Virus record (IMG/VR): IMGVR_UViG_3300027741_000030
Coordinates: 51,656 to 115,655 of that record
Reading direction: 5' to 3' (one strand)
From: a virus
DNA length: 64,000 nucleotides
Position 1 is the first letter of the stretch; every line of letters starts with the position of its first letter. Made by a program: the position numbers and the translations under genes. Positions 58,377 to 64,000 of the stretch are shown piece after piece. Below the pieces are notes generated by a model. It was not told the DNA's origin and searched no databases. It saw nothing but the letters and a program-made list of their open reading frames with translations.

Positions 58377-59132
58377 ATGACTAGAAAAATATTAATAATT
58401 GGAGATTCTCATTCGGCTAAACTTTCATTTGGCCTTAATAATTTTTTACAAAAAAATGAATCAAATGACACTAGGCAAGAATCTGATCATCAATACAGAA
58501 CAAAGTATATAGATAAACTTGGAAATAGTGTGTGGATGGAAGACTCTCTTGTAACTTATAAAAATGAATCTTTAAATTTTTATATATCTTGTCACCCAGG
58601 AAGATCTGCTTTACATTTTGATTTTGAAAATTTTGCAAGCGGAACTCAAAAAGAAATTTTAAGCGATTGGAATGAAGAGGGCAAAATAATAATGCCGTGG
58701 TTTGGGTATATAGATATAAGAAATTGGTTGCCGCAAACAGATTTAAAAAATTATGTTAATGTTTCAGGTGTTATCTCTAGATATATTGATAATGCTTTGG
58801 CTAAATTTAACAAAGCTAGGATTATATTTATTGAACCTATGCCTCAATTTATATGTATAGTTACAAGCAAATTTAGATTTTTTCATACAGATCCAGCTAT
58901 AGAGTTTGAAGATAGGCATGAGTTTCATTTAATGTTTGTAGAAGAGTTAAAAAAGCAGTGTTTAGAAAGAGGCCTTGATACCCCAGTAAACATAAGAGAA
59001 ATTTTGGGTACAGACATGATAGAGCCATGGATGCAGCCTAAAAAACCAATTAATTACCTATTAAATGATCATTTATTGCCAGAACATTACACAAAAATTT
59101 TAAAATATATATATGAAAATGTTGGAGTATAG
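58377..59132 (+). CDS. SGNH-like hydrolase/acyltransferase
   Basis: IIGDSH at the N-terminus, NDHL near the C-terminus; extended -10 at 58361. Confidence 0.5.
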   Translation: MTRKILIIGDSHSAKLSFGLNNFLQKNESNDTRQESDHQYRTKYIDKLGNSVWMEDSLVTYKNESLNFYISCHPGRSALHFDFENFASGTQKEILSDWNEEGKIIMPWFGYIDIRNWLPQTDLKNYVNVSGVISRYIDNALAKFNKARIIFIEPMPQFICIVTSKFRFFHTDPAIEFEDRHEFHLMFVEELKKQCLERGLDTPVNIREILGTDMIEPWMQPKKPINYLLNDHLLPEHYTKILKYIYENVGV

Positions 59133-59164
59133 ACCATAAATCACAAAAATGGTATACTGAGATT

Positions 59165-59614
59165 ATGGATACAATAATTAGTTTATTAAAAAAATGGCAA
59201 GCAAATTCAGTTGTGCTTTATTCAACAGCACACGGGTTTCATTGGAACGTAGAGGGACCACTATTTACTCAGTATCACGCATTTTTTGAAAAAATATATA
59301 CAGATATATATGAAACTGTAGATACAATTTCAGAATTTTTAAGAAAATATGATGTACAAGCGCCTTATACTCTTCAAGAATTTATTCAAAATAATACCTA
59401 CGGAGATGTACAGATGGATAGCAATTCTCCAATTGCTATGTCAAAACAACTTTTATCTATGATTGAATACATGATTCAAGATGTTAAGATTTTGTTTGAC
59501 GAAGCAACCTTACAAAAAGAACAAGGATTGGCTAATTTTTTAGCAGATAGACAAGATCAACTTCAGTTCCACGCTTGGTGGTTGAGATCTTCGCTAAAAC
59601 AAACAGTAAACTAA
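59165..59614 (+). CDS. dps: Dps (ferritin-like DNA protection protein)
   Basis: HGFHWNVEGPLFTQYHAFFE...DTISE...WWLRS. Confidence 0.9.
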   Translation: MDTIISLLKKWQANSVVLYSTAHGFHWNVEGPLFTQYHAFFEKIYTDIYETVDTISEFLRKYDVQAPYTLQEFIQNNTYGDVQMDSNSPIAMSKQLLSMIEYMIQDVKILFDEATLQKEQGLANFLADRQDQLQFHAWWLRSSLKQTVN

Positions 59615-60291
59615 TGAAAGATATTGTTGTAGTGACTGGTGCTTCTCGTGGAATTGGTAGAGCAACTTCAATACTACTTGCAGAAAACGGATACCATGTA
59701 ATTGCAATTGCAAGAAATAAAAAAAGTCTTGAAGCAATTCAAAATGATAATATAGAAGTTCATGTTGTAGATATAACAGAAAAAGATCAAGTTTATAATT
59801 TTTGTCAAAAACTTATTGGAAAAAATGTAGTAGCATTAATAAATAATGCAGGTGGAAAAGTTGGTTTTTCTGATAATATATTAGATGATGATATAGAAAA
59901 TTGGTCAAAATCATTTGATTTAAATGTAACATCTGTTGCAAACATAACAAAACAAATTGTTCCAATTATGGAAAATAATGGCGGAGGAAATGTTGTTGTT
60001 GTAACAGCAATGCAAGGTCATTTTGCTTATAAAGGTGGAAGTCTTTATAATGTTGCAAAACATGCAGAGGTGACGCTTACTGAAATTTTAAGATTTCAGC
60101 TATGCAACAAAAATATTAGAGTTACTGAAGTAGTACCTGGGCGTACTGAAAGTTATGATCATAAAGATGGGTCAAAGAACACATTAAGGCCAGAAGATGT
60201 AGCTGAATCAATTAGGTGGTCCATAATGGCACCAAAACATGTTAATATAGAAAAAATATATATATCACATGTTAATCCAGTTAAAAAATAG
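59614..60291 (+). CDS. Short-chain dehydrogenase/reductase
   Basis: TGASRGIG, NNAG, YNVAK; TAATG-coupled to dps. Confidence 0.88.
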   Translation: MKDIVVVTGASRGIGRATSILLAENGYHVIAIARNKKSLEAIQNDNIEVHVVDITEKDQVYNFCQKLIGKNVVALINNAGGKVGFSDNILDDDIENWSKSFDLNVTSVANITKQIVPIMENNGGGNVVVVTAMQGHFAYKGGSLYNVAKHAEVTLTEILRFQLCNKNIRVTEVVPGRTESYDHKDGSKNTLRPEDVAESIRWSIMAPKHVNIEKIYISHVNPVKK

Positions 60292-60301
60292 GAGAAATAA
60301 A

Positions 60302-60826
60302 ATGGCAGAAGAAACAAGACATCCAAATGCAGTAAAAGTTTTAGCAGCAGCAAAAAAGTATGCTGATGAAAAATATGTAGAGGGCCCAAATAACGATACA
60401 ATTTTTGGTAAACGTTATGGAATGAATAATCAACCTTGGTGTGCAATGTTTGTATCAGGTTGTTTTGATGATGCAGGATTAGTTCACCTAGTTGCTGCTT
60501 CAACAAAAAGGGGTTTTGCATCATGTGATGCAGGAGCACAATGGTTTGCTAAGAACAAAAGAATTGTTCCAATTGGGCAAGCACAGCCAGGAGACATCGT
60601 ATTTTTTAACTTTGACAAGAACCCAACAGACACAGAGCATGTTGGAATTGTTTACTCAAATGATGGAAAAAACCTAATTACTTTTGAAGGAAATACTAGC
60701 GGTGATGCAAAAGGATCTCAAGCAAATGGAGACGGTGTTTTTAAAAAGAAGAGAGCTTACAGTCTTGTAATGGCAGTTGCACGTCCAGATTGGGATGCAC
60801 CAGCACCAGTAAAGAAGGCTAAGTAA
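60302..60826 (+). CDS. CHAP-domain peptidoglycan hydrolase (endolysin candidate)
   Basis: PWCAMFVS, PGDIVFF, HVGIV, EGNT; AGGAG SD before 60302. Confidence 0.85.
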   Translation: MAEETRHPNAVKVLAAAKKYADEKYVEGPNNDTIFGKRYGMNNQPWCAMFVSGCFDDAGLVHLVAASTKRGFASCDAGAQWFAKNKRIVPIGQAQPGDIVFFNFDKNPTDTEHVGIVYSNDGKNLITFEGNTSGDAKGSQANGDGVFKKKRAYSLVMAVARPDWDAPAPVKKAK

Positions 60827-60828
60827 TT

Positions 60829-61353
60829 ATGAAAAAGCTGGGACTAACAATAATTGGATTATCAATAGTCCTATTAACATTTCAAGCAAGTGCAGCAACA
60901 CCAGATTGGGTAGTTCAGGATAAAAAAGTTACTCCTGGAGCTATTAATAAAGATGTTACACAAGCAAACATTGCTACAACTGTTTGTAAAGTCGGATGGA
61001 CAAAAACAATTCGTCCAACTGTTACTTATACAAACAAGTTAAAGGATACTCAGCTAGCAACAACATATAAATCATATGTTGCAATTTGGGGCTCAAAACC
61101 ATCTGCATATGAAGAGGATCATTTAATTTCTCTTCAGCTTGGCGGACATCCATCAGACCCTAAAAATCTATGGCCAGAGCCATATGCAGGAATTGGTGCA
61201 AGAAAGAAAGATGTTACCGAGACCGCATTAAAGCGTTTGGTATGTGATGGAACAATGAAATTGGTTGATGCTCAAAAAGCAATTTTAGATTGGCCTACAG
61301 CCTATAAGAAATATGTAAAGCCAACAGATCAGCCAGACACTTCCGATAACTGA
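60829..61353 (+). CDS. Secreted protein with HNH-like motif
   Basis: Signal peptide MKKLGLTIIGLSIVLLTFQASA; YEEDHLISLQLGG...NLWPE. Confidence 0.6.
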   Translation: MKKLGLTIIGLSIVLLTFQASAATPDWVVQDKKVTPGAINKDVTQANIATTVCKVGWTKTIRPTVTYTNKLKDTQLATTYKSYVAIWGSKPSAYEEDHLISLQLGGHPSDPKNLWPEPYAGIGARKKDVTETALKRLVCDGTMKLVDAQKAILDWPTAYKKYVKPTDQPDTSDN

Positions 61354-61360
61354 AAGTAAA

Positions 61361-61427
61361 TGCTATAATATATTAGTACCTGCCTTATGGGGGTACTAAT
61401 TTAACTCGCTTAAAAGGAGCAAAAATG
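61361..61427 (+). promoter_or_regulatory. hsp20 promoter and ROSE-like structured 5' UTR
   Basis: TGCTATAAT (61361); hairpin ATTAGTACC/GGTACTAAT; CTCGCT-TAAA-AGGAG hairpin sequestering the SD. Confidence 0.65.
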
Positions 61428-61841
61428 GTAACAAATTTCGCTATGGATCTTTTTAAAGATCCATTTTTTATTGGTTTCAACCGAGAGTTGGAGCGATTTA
61501 ATAGTTTAAGTAAAGTAAATAATACAGCATTTCCGCCGTATGATTTATTGAAATTAGATGAAGACAACTACCAGCTATCGCTGGCTGTTGCTGGATTCAC
61601 AAGAGAAGATTTAACTGTATCAATTGAGGACGGAAGTCTATGGATTACAGGTGAAATTAAAGAGGTAGTAGATGCCGAAGTTGTTCATAAGGGCATTGCT
61701 GCACGTAAGTTTACAAGAATCTTTGAATTAAGTGAATACATGGAAGTTTCAAATGTAGAGCTAAAAGACGGCATGCTTCATATCCGTGTAGTTAGAAATC
61801 TACCTAAAGAAAAACAACCTAAAATTCTGAAAATTAAATAA
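61425..61841 (+). CDS. Small heat shock protein (Hsp20/IbpA-like)
   Basis: FPPYDL, LAVAGF, HKGIAARKFTRIF, LKDGMLHI. Confidence 0.92.
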   Translation: MVTNFAMDLFKDPFFIGFNRELERFNSLSKVNNTAFPPYDLLKLDEDNYQLSLAVAGFTREDLTVSIEDGSLWITGEIKEVVDAEVVHKGIAARKFTRIFELSEYMEVSNVELKDGMLHIRVVRNLPKEKQPKILKIK

Positions 61842-61849
61842 CAAAATGA

Positions 61850-61875
61850 GACCTGGGTATGTCACAAAACTGCCC
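61850..61875 (+). ncRNA. Putative H-type pseudoknot motif, copy 2
   Basis: GAC-CT-GGGTA-T-GTC-ACAAAAC-TGCCC. Confidence 0.5.
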
Positions 61876-61896
61876 ACTATAATTAAAGGATAGGTA

Positions 61897-62085
61897 ATGC
61901 CAGTATACGAATACAAGTGCTCATATGATGATGCACATCCAACAATGTCAACTCATAGATCAATTATGGATGAAGATCCAGGATACACATGCGTTGAATG
62001 TGATTCGGTAATGACAAGACACTTTACTCCATTTGGTATACAGTTTAAAGGTAATGGTTTTTACAAAACAGATAATGTTAAGTAA
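61897..62085 (+). CDS. FmdB-family zinc-ribbon protein
   Basis: MPVYEYKC...CVEC...FKGNGFYKTD. Confidence 0.85.
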   Translation: MPVYEYKCSYDDAHPTMSTHRSIMDEDPGYTCVECDSVMTRHFTPFGIQFKGNGFYKTDNVK

Positions 62086-62153
62086 TTTAAACTAACACTC
62101 TGCTATAATTACTAAGTAAGCAAAAAATATTGCATTACTTTGGAGAGCCTTAG

Positions 62154-64000
62154 TTGACTAGAAAGATTAAATATTTTTTAACCAGCCTTTTTATAATCGG
62201 CTGGCTTTTCCTTTTTGGACCCAGCGTTGCATATGGTGATGAAGTACCAGCACCCGCAGAGCAGGTAGTTGTAAGTCCTGCACAACAAGCGGTTAACACA
62301 GCACTTGCTACAGCAACGACAGAAGTTGCACAAGCTGTAGCGGCATCAGATACAGCAACTGTAACAATAGCAACAGCGGTTCGGGCTGTATCAGCATCTA
62401 ATACTGCTGTAGTAGCAGCAAATACAGCAGTTGCAGCAGCAACCACTGCGGTTGCAGAAGTATCAAATGTGTCCACAGCGGTAGACACAGCAACAGCAGT
62501 TACTCAGACAGTTACTCAAACCGTGACTAGCGTAACTCAGGCAGTAGCAGCAATCCCAGTAAGCGCTACAACTCAAACACCAGAAGTTGTGGCAGCTCAA
62601 GCAGTAATATCAGCAGCAGTCCCTGTAATTGAATCAGCAACAGCCACGGTTATAGCCACAGCAACTCCATTAATGACAACAACACCAACTACAGTTGCAC
62701 AAGTTGCTACAGCAATTGCAACAGAAGTTGCACAATCTGTAACAGCTTCTACTGCAGTTCAAGCAGCACAAACAGCAATAAATACTGCTACTTCAACAGT
62801 TGCTACAGCAAGTACGGCTGTGGCAGCAGTAACACCTGCACGGACAGAAGCTCAAACACAATTAACTCAAGCAAATATAGCAATTAATAATGCTCAAGAT
62901 GCGGTAAATGCATTAGCAGCAACAATTGGAGCATCAACAAATGTGTTAGCAAATACAGACGATGCTGGCGTTCGTATGAACCTTCCATTTAATTTACGTA
63001 TGGGAAACACTATTTATAACAATGTGTATGTAGGTTCCAATGCGACTCTTACTTTTGGCGTAAATGAAGGACAAAATTATTATTCAACACCAACTGCCCC
63101 TTCTATTTCTATAGCAGGATATGACTGGACTACTTGGAGTAGTGGCTCTGGAGTTACCTACTCAACAACAACTAATACTCTTTCGGTGGCTTGGGATGTT
63201 CGTGTTTATCCTTTAAGAACAGCCGATACTCAGATGACACAAATTAGATTTAACGCTGATGTAAACCCAGCAAACGGTGCTTGGTTGGCAGATGTAAGTG
63301 TTACTGGTCCTATACCTAATGGTGCTCGTTTTAATGTTCGTGAGACTACTAACGGAACAGTAACCCCTATTACTGATACAAATTCTGGACCTGGATTTAA
63401 TGGAACTATTAGTCAAGGTGCATCATTTACACCTACACCAGATCCTTCAACAGCAGCAATTCAAACAGCAATTGATACGGCTAATGCACAAATTGCTACA
63501 TTAAACTCAGCAATTACAACAGTTGTTGCAACAAATACAGCAAATACAAATACAGTAATTGCTCCTATTGCAACAGTTTCACAAAATACTGTGACTGCAT
63601 TAGCAACAGCAAACACAACATTAACTGCAAAAGTAGCAGATCTTGCAATTGTTTCTACAGCAGTAGAAAAAGTAACTACTGCACCTGCAATAATTGCAGA
63701 AGCACAAACAGTAATTAATGCAATTCCAGCACCTGCACCAGCTCCTACTCCACCTGCGGTTGAGCCACCTGCGGTTGAGCCACCTGCGGTTGAGCCACCT
63801 GCGGTTGAGCCACCTGCGGTTGAGCCACCTGCGATTGAACCACCTGCAGAAGAACCACCTGCGGTTGAGCCACCTGCGGTTGAGCCATCTGCGGTTGAGC
63901 CACCTGCGGTTGAGCCACCTGCGGTTGAGCCACCTGCGGTTGAGCCACCTGCGGTTGAGCCACCTGCGGTTGAGCCAGAGGCGGGATCAACAGAAGATGT
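62154..64000 (+). CDS. Large secreted Ala/Thr/Val-rich surface protein with Pro repeats, 3'-partial (absent from ORF track)
   Basis: TTG start after GGAGAG; signal peptide MTRKIKYFLTSLFIIGWLFLFGPSVAYG; frame open to the window end; extended -10 at 62101. Confidence 0.8.
   Translation, partial: MTRKIKYFLTSLFIIGWLFLFGPSVAYGDEVPAPAEQVVVSPAQQAVNTALATATTEVAQAVAASDTATVTIATAVRAVSASNTAVVAANTAVAAATTAVAEVSNVSTAVDTATAVTQTVTQTVTSVTQAVAAIPVSATTQTPEVVAAQAVISAAVPVIESATATVIATATPLMTTTPTTVAQVATAIATEVAQSVTASTAVQAAQTAINTATSTVATASTAVAAVTPARTEAQTQLTQANIAINNAQDAVNALAATIGASTNVLANTDDAGVRMNLPFNLRMGNTIYNNVYVGSNATLTFGVNEGQNYYSTPTAPSISIAGYDWTTWSSGSGVTYSTTTNTLSVAWDVRVYPLRTADTQMTQIRFNADVNPANGAWLADVSVTGPIPNGARFNVRETTNGTVTPITDTNSGPGFNGTISQGASFTPTPDPSTAAIQTAIDTANAQIATLNSAITTVVATNTANTNTVIAPIATVSQNTVTALATANTTLTAKVADLAIVSTAVEKVTTAPAIIAEAQTVINAIPAPAPAPTPPAVEPPAVEPPAVEPPAVEPPAVEPPAIEPPAEEPPAVEPPAVEPSAVEPPAVEPPAVEPPAVEPPAVEPPAVEPEAGSTED
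63750..63974 (+). repeat. 15-bp coding tandem repeat (PPAVE) x15
   Basis: CCACCTGCGGTTGAG x15, including variants PPAIE, PPAEE and PSAVE. Confidence 0.95.

Noticed and set aside
1231-63416. Minus-strand and nested short ORFs in the track (e.g. 9261-9728, 14739-15152, 22141-22530, 62150-62488)
   Set aside because: They lie opposite or inside well-supported + strand genes and show no recognisable motifs.
63745-63990. Minus-strand (QPQVA)n ORF
   Set aside because: Reverse complement of the PPAVE repeat inside the long + strand gene.
1-64000. Stop-codon reassignment, diversity-generating retroelement, or prophage integration
   Set aside because: Core genes are intact in the standard code and end in TAA, TAG or TGA; no suppressor tRNA, reverse transcriptase, template/variable repeat pair, integrase or host flank was seen.

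Overview
A 64-kb, AT-rich stretch of a large long-tailed (siphovirus-like) dsDNA phage genome. Every credible gene is on the + strand. Order: partial tail-fibre gene; an FN3 protein ending in (FFAPP[G/S])9; an 8-gene cluster with six Fe(II)/2-oxoglutarate oxygenases; fibre and LamG proteins; head genes (portal, prohead protease, major capsid); connector and tail genes (major tail protein, -1 frameshifted chaperone, 2497-aa tape measure, minor tail proteins); replication/recombination genes (DnaB, primase, SSB, DnaE, RecA, resolvases, Cas4-like nuclease); terminase; and an accessory region (3 tRNAs, ahpC-ahpD, dps, SDR, CHAP lysin, hsp20, a large secreted Pro-repeat protein). The layout recalls large Streptomyces siphoviruses, and ahpC-ahpD suggests an actinobacterial, perhaps low-GC freshwater, host (inference). 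Strongest candidates for novelty: (1) a possible peptide/protein-modification system made of the Phe/Pro repeat protein and the adjacent prolyl-hydroxylase-like oxygenases; (2) a tape measure protein carrying cassette-like inserts, one an R-S-E ADP-ribosyltransferase; (3) two covarying 26-nt pseudoknot motifs just after stress genes; (4) a ROSE-like thermometer upstream of hsp20. All family calls come from motif recognition by eye; no database search was run.
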